NCBI RefSeq assembly: GCF_026210795.1
Contig: NC_089429.1
Location: forward strand, 5,704,001-5,768,000
DNA length: 64,000 nucleotides
Direction: 5' to 3'
Source: Rhizophagus irregularis
Lineage: Eukaryota
This document shows positions 39,908 through 53,545 of this stretch, piece after piece. Made by a program: the position numbers and the translations under genes. Positions within the stretch are counted from its first letter, which is position 1. The number at the start of each line of letters is the position of its first letter. The notes under the pieces were generated by a model. It was not told the origin of the DNA and ran no database searches. It saw nothing but the letters and a program-made list of their open reading frames with translations.

Positions 39908-40913
39908 TATAATTTATTGAATTTAAGAATTACAGTTAAGAATTTTATTTAATCAATATTAACTATATTAATCATTAATTTAATAATCCATTTATTAAAG
40001 AATGTAATTTTATGAATGATTTTTATTGGGTTATTCAAAATGGTTAAAAATAATTCATGTATAATCTTTTCATCTTTGTGCCATTCAAAATCAAAAGCTC
40101 AATATGTCCTGGTGTTCCAAACACTTCAACAGAACCATCAGAAAAGTAGAATGTGAGAGCGTTAATAAAGTTATCAATATAATCAGATTTGTTAAAATTG
40201 ATCTTGAATTCAGTGCAATCTCTATTCGTCACATTCATCAAATCTTCAAGGAATGACAAATCTGAATATCTGCTTATTTACTATGTTTTAATCATGACAA
40301 TAATTGTTGATGACAAAATTCTAAATGCGACATAAGAAAAATACAAAATTTAAAGTGTTTAGTACATTTATAAACTTAATTTTCAAGCATAATAAAGTAG
40401 GTATAATGATATTTGATATTCAATTATCGATGTATTATTAAAATTTAATATAAATTAATTATAAGTTACAAATCGTGAGATATGTTTTTGTACTCTGATA
40501 ATTGTGAAGTCATTTTATTACTACCTGTATCGTGGTATTAAAATAATTCTCCAAGTGATCTCTCCCCAAAACCATCGCTAACATGTAAAACATAATTATA
40601 ATTAAAAAATTTGGCTAGCTTAAATTTTATTTTATAATTGGCGAATTAAAACAAATGTTCTAACTCAGATTAAGTTTTTTTTCCAAAATTTCATAAGAAA
40701 TCTTTATACTGTGTATTATTTCGAAATTATACTGTCAATAGAGGCCTACGTTGGATCAGGTTCAGGTTGAATCTTTGGCAAAAACTTATAGGCCCAGACC
40801 CGGTTTTATATGTTTCGTCCAGCGCAGGCTTCTAGTTGCCAATAGTTCGATTGAAAGTCAAATGGAAACTTCATTCCTTTAAATTTAATTATAATTAATT
40901 ACTAATTTTATTA

Positions 40914-41126
40914 CAGCTATTTATAAAAAAACGGATGACCTAATTCGATCTGCGTATGAAATTTTCATACGCAGTCATACGCAGTCATACACGCATAGTA
41001 AACTGCTAGAATTATTGTGATATAACTGCGGATGACTGCAATTTAAAAAATGAGTTCACTGTAACGGTCCGGGTTCATACGCAATCAAAAAATGATTAAG
41101 TGGTCCGTTATTTTCGCAAATAGCTG
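40914..41126. mobile_element. 213-bp Tc1/mariner-type MITE
   Basis: TA|CAGCTATTT..AAAA..ACGGA ... TCCGTTATTTTCGCAAATAGCTG|TA: imperfect TIRs with TA duplication. Confidence 0.8.
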
Positions 41127-42309
41127 TAAACCTGTAATTTAAAAAAACAGTAAATAATTTTTATCATTTACTATTTATATTTGTTATTTGTTCTTCCTCT
41201 CTTGGATATTAACCGCAGAATATTATCACATTTAATAACGAAACATTATTTAAGTATATAACATATAACAACAAATGCACCATCTTTATTATCATGAACA
41301 TTATGGACACGCCAATAAATAAAAAGAAAATTTTGTAAAATTTTAAAATTACTTTAGGATTTTCAAAGTAAACTGACAAACCGAAAATATATTATTTTAA
41401 TGTACGTTATATACACTTCCACGGAATGTTGAAACTATATCGTTCCTTAGTCATTTTAAATTTCACCGTAATAAACATCATGTTAAAAAAGGAACTTTAA
41501 CTTTTAATAATTTTCTACTAAGAGAATATTAACAAATGAAAAATGATATAAATAATCTCAAATATCTAAATAATCTTGTTAAGTCATATGACTTAATTAT
41601 GTCAAATTACTTAAGTTTTAGGCTGCAACATCTAAATTAATTAAATAAATACATACTGTATATATTTATACATTTACTGTACTGAAATAAAAACTTCTTA
41701 ATTGATTTTCAGATGTCGTTATCGACGTAGATATATGATTCAAATGATGGAATTCCAAAGACAAGATTCACACATTAAAAATTTCGGGATCACTTTTTCA
41801 CAAATAAATATTAAAAAAAAATGTATACGCTAACTAAAGTTGTATTATTAGTTTAACACGAATTTGTCGAATTGACATTTATAAAAGGATGATCAATGTT
41901 TAAAGAAATTTAGTTAAGCTAATTTTCCTAGTTTTTTTAAATATTCTTAAAATACTTATAATTTTTTCAAAAAGGGTTCTTTTGTAATTTTAAATTGTGT
42001 ACTTTTCCTGATCAATACGCCAATTTTGATTAATTTCTGTGATGAAAGTATTAATGCATGTGATCAAAGTTTTATATACTAGGATTTATCTGATATACTG
42101 TAAAATAATAGAAAAGTATTAATATTGCTTTTAAGAATATTAAGAGGTGTCGAGTAATTTGTTAAAATGAATAAAATAAATGTAAGAAAGAATAGATTTA
42201 ACGTTATTTGCTGATACTAATACTAAATTCGGAGGGTTACGGCAAAATTGCTATGTAAAAGTTAAATATAATTACTCATATAAATAAAAATGCAAGAAAA
42301 AATTACTCA

Positions 42310-43200
42310 CACAATCCTTTAAGAATTCTTGTGTAAAGATCATTGTGAAGTACTTTATCCGCAATGGTTGCCAAATCTATTGATTTTTTAACCTCTTAGG
42401 GGTGTATCGTAATGGTGGTGCCATTATTTCGGTGAATTACATTAAATAACTTAAGAAAAGGATTTTTTACAACACCTTAGTGGTCAAAAGTCCTAATAAT
42501 CCGAATAATATTTAATTGCAAGATAGTTATTACGCTTAACTTCAGTTCCAAGTGACAGAACACCTCCAATTCTCTCACGTTTTGGTGTTGTTGATGATTC
42601 AACTACATGAAAATAATAAAATTGTATCTGTTGCAAAGGCAAAAACAAGTAATTCACCAAAGGCAAGCATGGTCCAAAATTTAAAGTAATAATCTAAATC
42701 TGCCGCTGCAGTTGCAAGTGTTGAATTAGCAGCTTTCTCCTCGCCCATTATTACAAGTACGTCTCTACAATAAACTAATACATCTGGTCGGACTTTTTTC
42801 TTGTTAGTTGTAGTGAAATCATTCATTTTATTGTTGCGAGCTCATTATAATTCAGGTGTACCAATATATTTATCAGCAAGTTGATGCATTTTCCGAATGA
42901 CATTGTCGACCATATAACTGGTTTCCATCTCCTGGTTATTCTTACCCTTATAGAGTTCCATAGCATTCCCAACAGCAACCATTACGTCAGGAAGAAACTC
43001 GATACCTTTTTGATCAAAAAAGTCAGGATGCTCACGACATAGAATGTGGGGGGGTGGCAACTTCCTTCGTTGCGGTGTATTAAAGTATAAATTGATATTA
43101 TTACAATCGACTGGTTTATCAAAAGGAGCCAAGAGTTCTTGTAAATATTCGGTTGTCTTATCTTGTATAAGTCCCATTCCCATATCTTCATCGAAATGAA
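42310..43200 (-). pseudogene. Crinkler-type PD-(D/E)xK nuclease (REase-fold) pseudogene
   Basis: RNN...TTT.KKVRPDVLVYCRDVLVIMGEEK motif. ORFs 43183-42845 and 42826-42599 are in the same frame, separated by TAA TGA; a frameshift follows. Confidence 0.65.
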
Positions 43201-44044
43201 AAAAGAATATGACTATTAGCGATCAAAAATCCGAAAATCAGATTGAACTGTCCTAATTTTAAAAATTTTAAAAATCATATATAAATATTAAATTTATTAT
43301 TTATTCTGTAACTAATACAAATAAATAATAATTTATATAATAAATCTTTGTTATTATCATTAGGGATAAATTCTCTAACAATAATAGTTAACAATATTTC
43401 TAATGTACTGTTTCTAAACGCACTAAAAAAAAATAGAATTCATCTGATTTTGTCGTAGTAACATAATATAAATCTTAAAAGTATTTAATAATCTTCAATA
43501 TATGTTTCTCAAAAGGATATTTACAGAATGTTTGTCTGTTGGGCAATCATGATGTAACCAAATCAATAGCTCAGAATATAATTTGATAGAAAACCCTGAA
43601 AAATCGCAAAAAGGAAAAAATCTCCAAAGGTCCTTAGGAATTAAAATTAATTAGTCGCAGTATATGAATAATGACTCAAATTATATTGTTCCTCCTAATT
43701 ATCGTGCTTGTTGTCCATTTATGGATTGATTTAACATTTTTTTGAATTTTCAAATCAATCGAGCGATCAACGCAATTTTATACTCATTTTAAATTATTGG
43801 CGCATCAGCCTGTGAATTTTCTTTATGAATATCGAAACTATTGTGGACTTCTACAGATAATATATCATGTGATAATTTGGCCCAATTTGGAAATCGGTAA
43901 ATCGATATAAGAAATCATTTATTTTGGCTTAGGTCAATTTACGATTATCCACACCAGGAGATTTTTTTAGAAGCTTTTTTATCCTTTTGCAAACAATTTA
44001 TTTATAACTTCCAACTTTTTTTTTTTTAACTTTGTTTTAAAAAT

Positions 44045-44200
44045 ATGTTTACCACTATCATCTCATCTTTCGGAATTTACGATATTTTTTCTATTTCAAT
44101 AATTTCTTTGATTATTTACATAATTCGATTCTATTATCATTATTTTACTAGAGTTTTCATTTGTAAATTAAAAATATCTCAATTTATTACGTCAAAATAA
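44045..44200 (+). pseudogene. P450 membrane-anchor-only fragment (51-aa ORF)
   Basis: MFTTIISSFGIYDIFSISIISLIIYIIRFYYHYFTR aligns with the N-terminus of the window's P450s; similarity stops just before the PNPLPGP hinge. Confidence 0.8.
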
Positions 44201-44416
44201 TCTATTAATGTTACACGAGTATAGTATTCAATTTTTCCAAAGTACTGCATCAGTGTCCGTGCAAATGACTTGAAATGACAAATGATTCAATTGATGTCAA
44301 CTTCATTATTCAATGACAAATGACCGAGTCATCTGATATTAATGTTATTCAACTACATGTCATTCCTGAACACTAATAAAATTGGTTATCATTATTTTAA
44401 TGCAAAAAATTCTTTC

Positions 44417-45201
44417 ATGTCTAAAGTATCTGAAGAAAAATTAAAAGAACTTAGAGAGTCAATCCGGTCAACTATTGATTGGGGTGCTTACTCTAAGTGG
44501 ATTGCAGAAGGAGAGCCGTACGAGGAACACGAAGAAGTATTATTATTTTTGAATCAAAAGAAACATGAAAGTGAAATTGCTTACTCAAAACCAGATGGTA
44601 AGTCTATTTATTTTAAGGTTTACTTGGTGTGTATTCTCGCTTATTATTAAACTAACTATAATTTTTTTTAAAGGAACCAGACGACATAACCCTGACAGAG
44701 GAAGAGGATATTATAATGGAAGAACTTCTAACAGAGGTTCCAGAAAGACCGATCAAAAGACCAGGAAAGCGAGCAATCATATCACTCCAACCAAGGGAGC
44801 CAAAACCACCACCCGTAACAATGGTCAACATTGTAGTAAAGTCCCTAGATCCAACGAAGTTTCCAATCCAACAAAGATACATAACAAAAACGCTAAATGA
44901 CTTGAATAATGCTGGAATATTAAATAATGTTATAGGATTAAATGTCAAGGGTAAAATTAGAGAGTTTAACAAAGAAAAAACAAAATTGCATCCCGCAGTC
45001 AGTGTTCATGATATAGTTCCTAAAGGTTTAAATATGTACGCTTTGATTTTACCCGATGGACAATATTTAATCTTGCGACATATTCGTGGAAGGTGGTTTA
45101 GGTGTTTAGCATTCTTCACTGATCATAACCTTTATTCTGATTTCCTTAATAATTTTTTTACTAATAGCATGAATATATATAATAATAATAATGTTTCTTA
45201 A
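44417..45201 (+). CDS. Hypothetical protein, probably 2 exons (44417-44597, 44681-45201), ~233 aa
   Basis: Two protein-like ORFs with a GTAAGT donor at 44598 and ACTAAC branch site at 44651. The CAG acceptor ending at 44680 joins them in frame. No domain recognised. Confidence 0.65.
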
Positions 45202-47103
45202 TAATCTACATTTAGTGTTATTTCTCCGTTACAATAAAATTCAAACTGTTCTTTACATTATTTTCATAGTGTTACTTTTATTAAATTTTGGTCATGCTGT
45301 TATTTTATTGTCGATTTTATCAAAAATCCAGGTCTTATTGACGAAAGAAATCCAAGCATAGGTTGATCTTTATTAATGACTTGTGTAATTTCATACTAGT
45401 TTTGTTATTTTTATAGGAAAGGGGAGGACTGAAATGCTATAATGCAATTATACTTGTATTATTTATGGATGGCTGAAGAAAATTAATCTTTGGATCTTGA
45501 AATGTAGATTATATGGTAAATAGTTGTTTATGATTCATTAATATTCGAAGAACTTTTGATTCATACATGAATGCTTTAAAAACCTCTTTCACAAATTTTA
45601 AATTTTCCTCACATATGTGAAGGGTAGACTTTTATGTTTACGATCATACCTGCAGATTCCAAGTTCATAAATAACAAATCCGATATCTTTATTAAACAAG
45701 TGAAATATACGCTAAATAAAGAATGATTTGTAATTAATTTTTTTTTTAAAAAAAATAAAAAAACTTAATCATTGACGCTACAAAAATTATCTTTATCAGT
45801 TTACCTACCAATAAAGATAACTCAGAAAAATAATCAAATTAAACCAATAATTCTCTCAGCTATATAAAATTAAAGAAAAAATTTATTATCTTGTTATAAA
45901 TTAAATTCTGTTTATCTTGAACGTTAATATCTATATGTTTTGAACATAAAATATTGATATCCATGAATCTATGGGCCAAAAGTTCGTAATTTACCCAGAC
46001 TGTTTCTTACTCTGCGATACTCTGCGAAATACCCTCAACCCTTAAAGGAGTAAGTTAGGTTTGTCCACGTGTACAAGTTCCATTTTCTTTTTGTTATATG
46101 TGGCTGTAGTATAGTGCATTAATATGGAAATATTATAAATTTATCTCGAGAAAATTAAAACATTAACGAGAAATCAGTATATCTAAACTATTTTTATAAA
46201 ATTTGTCTTTGTAATAAATTAGTTAAAAAACTAATCACAGTTTGGTAAATTTCCTCAATGTTGTTGCTAAATTTTATCTGGAATTATTATACATCTTTTG
46301 AAAAAAAATGTATTTCAAAATCCGTACCAAAATGGTTAGTTAGAATTTAGCTTAGGGAATCCTAGCAGGATAGGTCTTTAGTATTATAAGGAACATTCCT
46401 GGACATTCCTTACGCCCTTAGATAAAATCAAAAAATTTAAAACCACGTCACTATCCTTGTTTGAGAAAAAATAAATTGCTTAAATGTAATATAATATGCA
46501 CAAGCAAATTTCCAATATTACATTTCAAATATTATACAAAAATAAAAAATACAATATAACCTATTTTATCGTACAATTAAATATAAGTTTTTCAAATTAA
46601 ATTTTGTAAGTTATCATATTTATTTCTTTTTTGGGTATGTGCTTACCTTTGAGATTTCACAATGAATTTCTTGGTGGAGATCAGGGGATAGCCACTGGCT
46701 GCTATAAAGGCTTCCGATTTATAACACTTAATGAAAGATATAAATAATCATAATTCCAAAATTGTATTTTAATCGGAATTTATTTTCATGACATTTTATA
46801 ATTTATTGCATCAAATACTCTCTTCCGCCGTGGATAGATGAAAAAATATAAACATAGCTTATTTTTATTTTATTTGTCAGAAAAAACCAGATACGACACA
46901 ATCTACAAGAAATAAAATCTTAAAGTAGAACATAAGAACATAAGATCCTATGGTCGGTCGTACAGAAACAAAGCATTGTTATTTGCAATAATCACGTGGT
47001 TAACCTTTGTTTCTCGGGCCGAAAATTTTCCGAACAAGAATATAAGGCTTAGCTATTTAGCAATTTTCTTTTTTATTTCTTGAAAATACAAAATTTGATT
47101 ATA

Positions 47104-48629
47104 ATGTATGATAATAAATTTTTGCCAAAATTATCACAAAATTTACTTGAAATTTTAGAAGATAATGAATTTTATGATATAACAATTGAAGTTGGTAATG
47201 ATCCTTATGTAAAAATTTTTCGAGCTCATATGATTATTTTAAATTATCGTTCTCCTTATTTACGAAGAATCTTATCAACTAGCGTTAGTAGAAATAATAA
47301 TGATGGAAGTTTAACACATATTAAGTTACCAAATATTTCACCGGAAATTTTTCAAATGATCTTAAGGTGAGAGAATTGAAGTAAAAAATTTAGCGATTTT
47401 TTTTTTTTAAAAAAAAACTAATATTTTAAAATTTACGAAAATATTCAAAATTTTTCATTTAATATTTTCGTTTTAGATATATCTATGGGGGAAGGCTTTC
47501 TTTAGAGGAATATGATACTTCGGATATAATTAAAATTTTGGTCGCTTCCAGTGAACTTAGTCTTCAAGAATTAATCACTCATTTACAATTATTTTTAATC
47601 GAAAATAAAAAAAATTGGATGGAACAAAATTTTAACTTGATATATAAAACAAGTTTTGCGAATGATTCTTTCTTAAAATTACAAGATTTTTGTACAGAAT
47701 TAATATCTAAAGAACCAGAAAAAATTTTTGATTCAATCAACTTTATTTCACTTTCAGAAAAATGTTTGATTTCTCTTATTCAACATGATAATATTCAAAA
47801 GAATGTTATTCAAGTTTGGGAACATGTACTTAAATGGGGTATTGCTAAAAATCCTGGACTTCCTTCAGATCCTTCTAATTATTCAAGAGATGATTTTATT
47901 ACTTTAAAAAATACTTTACAACAATTTATTCCTTTTATTAATTTCTTTAATTTAACTTCTAAAGAATATTTAGATAAAGTATATCCGTACAAGAAAGTTA
48001 TACCAAAAGATTTGCGTGAAAATTTAATCATACATTCTATTGATCAACCGAAAAATAATCCAGAACCAAAAATAATTACCAAAGAGACTAGTTCAAAAAG
48101 TATTGATTCAAAAATCATTACAATCAAACATGCTAAATTGATATCGAAATGGATTGATAGATTAGAAATTACTAACAAGATGAAAAATTCATATGAATTT
48201 AAGTTGATTCTTCGTGGATCTCGTGATGGATTTTCATCTCAAAAATTCCATGAGATTTGTGATTATCAATCTCATACTATAGCAATTATTAAAGTGAAAA
48301 ATAGCAATGAAATCCTTGGTGGATATAATCCGATTGTATGGAAATCTAATGATACATTTGGCGCCACTAAAGATAGTTTTATATTCTCTTTTAAGAATAA
48401 GGAAAATATTGAAAATTATATTTTAAGCCGAGTAAAGAATGAAACATATGCTATAGTAAATAATCTTGGATTAGGTCCATCTTTTGGTGATGGTGACCTT
48501 AAATTACGTGGAAATAATTATAGTTGGAGCGTTTGTCGTTATACCGGATTTTATGACAAATTTATTAGAAAAGTCAGCGGTTTGTTTTCTGTAGAAGAAT
48601 ATGAAATATTTCAAATAATTAAAGATTGA
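47104..48629 (+). CDS. BTB/POZ-BACK-TLDc protein C, exons 47104-47366 and 47477-48629, ~471 aa
   Basis: Same motifs and intron as gene A; in-frame splice. Confidence 0.93.
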
Positions 48630-49138
48630 TTAATATTTCTAATGATTAAAGGCGCCAATGTAAATATTCTGTATGATATATATATATTTTGTTATTTTTT
48701 AATAATTACCATTTAGGAGTAGTAAAATTTGTTTATCGGTTTTCTGTTTAATTAAAATTCTATTGTTCGCGGAATTTAAGAATTTTTCATCCTATAGTTT
48801 ATCAAAATTTTTATATGTAAAAAATTAGTTTGCGTATTTTTGGGCTAATCTTATATATATAATATATTTACTGAACGTTAACCGCATTGTAATATTTAGT
48901 ATTAATTAAAAGAAATTTCTAAGGATTAAAAAGTGAAATTTTGGAAAAATATTATTGGTTTTATAAATAATATAAGAAGTCATGATAAAATAATTTAAAC
49001 TTAATGCCTGCGTACTACCCATATAAAAAAGTCTCTGCGTACAGCTCATAGTAAAAAAATTTTTCGCCACCTGACCCTTATACTGTATATATATATTTCT
49101 GGGTCCTCCATGCATTGCTTCATAAATTCGACCGGAGC

Positions 49139-49894
49139 GGCCATCCTTAACCTGATCCGCCGGTCCAGATGCTTATTCTGGACTAGTCAACTTTTGATTG
49201 GCTAATCAGCACTTTTTATTACATAACTCCGGCATAATTTATTTTATCTTTCACTCTTCCTATCTTTCACTCTTTCTCTATTCTTTTTTGTGGTATGTTA
49301 GTACTTAGTATTTCATATTTCATTTCAGTTTGTATATTTAATTTTAATTGTATTTATTGTAGTTTTATGATAATACTAAATGTTTTTTATTTTCTTTTTG
49401 AAGAGTTTTATGATACAGTATATTGATATTATTCTGGAAATCAAGTTGTTTTTTTTAAAAAAAAAAGCTTTGGGGTTAAGCGAAGTTGTTCAAAAAAGGT
49501 TGTAAATTACACATTTATAACATTACTTATAAAGCTAATATAATATTACTTTGTACTTTTGTTTTGATATTAACGTTAAAATAATTTTAATAATAATATT
49601 ACAGTAAAAAATAATGTAAAGACCTTTTTTATAAAGTTATATATGCAATTTTACTTATTTAGTATTAATAAAGTTTAATAAAATTCATACCAAAATACAA
49701 AATTTAAATGACATATTACTTTAAAACGGTAGTATTAAATGCTTTTAAAAAAAGGCATTTCGTAACTTTTTTTAAAAAAACGCGAATTGTGTTTTTTTTT
49801 TTTTAAAGACAAATGTTACACAAAACAATCTCATCCAATTAGATTTGCTGGTCTAGGATAAGCATCTGGACCGTGGCCCAGGATAAGGATGCTC
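49139..49894. mobile_element. 756-bp non-autonomous Mutator-like element
   Basis: ~48-bp imperfect TIRs (G..CATCCTTA.CCTG...GGTCCAGATGCTTAT) and an exact 9-bp TSD GACCGGAGC (49130-49138, 49895-49903). Confidence 0.85.
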
Positions 49895-50041
49895 GACCGG
49901 AGCAGAATACTCTTAACAATCACGTGATTTAATTTTTGAGTCAGGTGTTTCGGTATTTTTTGGAGCCGAAATTTACCAAATAAATCGATAAATCGTTCAC
50001 AGTTCAACAATATTCTACTTTATTTCTTGAAAGGACTTATA

Positions 50042-51564
50042 ATGTACGATAATAAATTTTTACCAAAATTAACACAAAATTTACTTGAAATTTTAGAAGA
50101 TAATGAATTTTATGATATTACTATTGAAGTTGGAAATGACCCTTACGTAAAAATTTTTCGAGCTCATATGGTCATTTTAAATTATCGTTCCCCTTATTTG
50201 CGAAGAATCTTATCAACTAGCGTTAGTAGAAATAATAATGATGGAAGTTTGACGCATATTAAATTACCAAATATTTCACCAGAAATTTTTCAAATGATCT
50301 TAAGGTGAGAGAATTGAAGTAAAAAATTTAGCGACTTTTTTTTTTTAAAAAAAAAACGAATATTTTAAATTTTACGAAAATGTTCATATTTTTCATTTAA
50401 TATTTTCGTTTTAGATATATCTATGGGGGAAGACTTTCTTTAGAGCAATATGATACTTCGGATATAATTAAAATTTTGGCCGCTTCCAGTGAACTTAGTC
50501 TTCAAGAATTAATCACTCATTTACAATTATTTTTGATCGAAAATAAAAAAAATTGGATGGAACAAAATTTTAACTTGATATATAAAACAAGTTTTGATAA
50601 TGATTCTTTCTTGAAATTACAAGATTTTTGTACAGAATTAATATCTAAAGAACCAGAGAAAATTTTTAATTCAGTCGATTTTATTTCACTTTCAGAAAAA
50701 TGTTTGATTTCTCTTATCCAACATAAAAATATTCAAAAGAATGTTATTCAAGTTTGGGAACATGTGCTTAAATGGGGTATCGCTCAAAATTCTGGACTTT
50801 CTTCAGATCCTTCTAGTTATTCAAAAGATGATTTTATTAATTTAAAAAATAATTTACAACAATTTATTCCTTTTATTAATTTCTTTAATTTAACTTCTAA
50901 AGAATATTTAGATAAAGTATATCCGTACAAAAAAGTCATACCAAAAGATTTGCGTGAAAATTTATTTAAATATTTTATGGATCAGCAAAGTAATAACCCA
51001 GAACCAAAGATAACAACCAAAGAGACCAGTTCAAAAAGTATTGATTCAAAAATCATTACAATCCAACATGCTGAATTAATATCGAAATGGATTGATAGAT
51101 TAGAAATTACTGACAAGATTAAAAATTCATATGAATTTAAATTGATTCTTAGTGGATCTCGTGATGGGGTTTCGCCTAGTAAATTCCATGAGATTTGTGA
51201 TAATCGATCTCATACTATAACAATTATTAAAGTGAAAAATAGCAACGAAATCCTTGGTGGATATAATCCGATAATATGGAAATCTGATCCTAGCTTTGGC
51301 ATTACTAAGGATAGTTTTATATTCTCTTTTAAGGGTAAGGAAAATATTGAAAATTATATTTTAAGCCGAGTAAAATATGAAAATTTTGCTATATACAATG
51401 ACTCTGGATTTGGTCCATGTTTTGGTGATGGTGACCTTAAATTAAGTGGAGAAAATTACGAACTGAGTTGTTCTTATATTGAATGGTATGACAAACCAAT
51501 TAGAGAAACCGAAGGTTATTTTTTTGTAGAAGATTATGAAATATTTCAATTTATTAAAGATTGA
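50042..51564 (+). CDS. BTB/POZ-BACK-TLDc protein D, exons 50042-50304 and 50415-51564, ~470 aa
   Basis: Same motifs and intron; tandem duplicate of gene C. Confidence 0.93.
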
Positions 51565-53292
51565 TTAATATTTCTAATGATTAAAGGTGCCAATGTATAT
51601 ATTCTGTATGATATATATATTTCTTGTTATTTATTATTTTTTAATAGTTACCATTTAGGAGTAATAAAATTTCAGTTGTTTATCGGTTTTCTGTTTAATT
51701 AAAATTCTATTGTTCACGGATTATTCAAAATATATATTATTTATTTATATTATATATATACTTTACATGAGTATAACGAGAATTATTAATTGAAGTATTA
51801 ATATTATTTGTATTGGTTCCATGAAAATTGTATATTTTGTATTTTGACAGTATAATATTTATTATAAATGAAAAATAAAAAAAAAATATTTTGGTGATAA
51901 TTTAAATAATAAATTTCTTTAACTGTATAGTTAGTGATGCAAACATTATGAACCGAAAATTAATTTAATAAATTGAATTATTCTAATGCTCCAAACTTAA
52001 TAAAATTATTTCTTAATATCCCTCGTTATAACCTCGCTCAGTAAAATTAGAATTTCACTATACGGCCACGGAGTACATCACGAAATTTTTAGGGTAGATC
52101 GGTCACGTAATTCCTATTAGTTCCCCACTTATTTTAATCTTCGAAATTTTGTGGATCTACGCCAAAAATACTGTGTTTTGTCACAGAGTATTTGGAAAAT
52201 ATTGGAACTATTCAGATTTCCACATAATTCCACATGAATTTCCATGTGGATTTTACGTGGAAAACATTTCCTGATTAAAGTTACGCCTTTTACATCATCG
52301 CAATCAAAGTTCACATCTTTCCAGTGATTTTCTCTTCCACACAGGAATAACACAATGCACAAAAACGTTGTTTAAATCCTTCGCACATCCTTCTGTGATT
52401 TATAACATTCTCATACATGTCTTCATACTTTGATTACCTTCAAGATCTTTACTGAAACGTACCATCTTCGTTTGTTGAGTACGTTGATCGTGAATTGGCT
52501 TAATATTGTAAGGAAAAGCAATATACCTAAATTTTGATCATCATCCTTCATAAAAAAACGGAGTTTTTCCAATGAGTCCACCCCAAAAAAGTAAAAGAAG
52601 AACGTTAATAAACGTTCTCAAAAAAAAATAATAATAATAATAAAAATAATAAATATTTATTACCGGTACAGTTTCAAGCCGGTTCAAGACTCCAATTCCA
52701 GCTTCCAAGGAGTCCGCTCTAAAGAAAAATAAATAAATAAGCGTTCTCAATTAAAAAAAAAATAAAAAAAAATAAAAAATAAAAAATATTTACCGAATAT
52801 TTTTTTAATAATAGTAAAAAACTTACTATGTAATAAGTGGAAAATTTTAGGTTCTCTTATTAATAATAAATGGACTTGAAAATTTTTTATAATTGTTACT
52901 AATTTCAACATAAATTTCGATTAAAATTTGGCGTCAATTATTAAAAATTATTAGTACTCTCATTCTACGCTACAAGATTATAAGTAAATAAATTTGGTAT
53001 ATGGTTTTACGATAGGGAATAGGAAATAACCACTAGGCAATAACAATAAAGGCTCCAATAAATAAATATCAATAACTCAAAAATTGTATTTTTCGATAGT
53101 AACAATAATTAATGTTAGTAGGACCTTATCCGTCTATCGCTCAATGACCGTGAAGTTCACTAAATCTATTTATTTTTTGCATAATCATATTTTATTTTTT
53201 ATTATAAGACAGAGCCCACCTCCTTCCCCCTGCGTTCCTTTCATCAAAAACTTTCTCCCGTGGATAAAAGATAATAATGTGTATAATAAAAA

Positions 53293-53420
53293 CAAAAATT
53301 TTATCCGTTATTTCTGTAAAAACTCCGCAAAAAATGAACCTTTCACGGGTCCATTCACGGAAAATGTAAATAATTCGATAAATTCTGTGATTAAGGTTAT
53401 GTAGATCGACTTTTTTTATA
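53293..53420 (-). mobile_element. Degenerate reverse copy of the ~180-bp MITE
   Basis: Reverse complement of 12602-12779 (ttttatccgttatttctgtaaaaactccg...gatcgactttttt). Confidence 0.8.
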
Positions 53421-53545
53421 TGCATTTTTTCATAATTAATCATGTGATTAGCCTTGAGTCAGGTGTTTCGGTAATTTTGAGTACCAAATCAATAACTTGG
53501 CGTTCACAGTTCAACAATATTCTACTTTCTTAAAAAATACTAATA

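Noticed and set aside
40044..40259. ORF with a faint jacalin-like look (INALTFYFSDGSVEVFG)
   Set aside because: Too short, no ATG start and no second supporting motif.
48340..51564. Diversity-generating retroelement as the cause of TLDc variability
   Set aside because: No non-coding template repeat or intact reverse transcriptase in the window, and the substitutions are not evidently restricted to adenines. The nearby LINE is a decayed fragment.
52056..52100. CACTA pentamer starting a GC-richer block
   Set aside because: No matching TAGTG terminus with a TSD found nearby.
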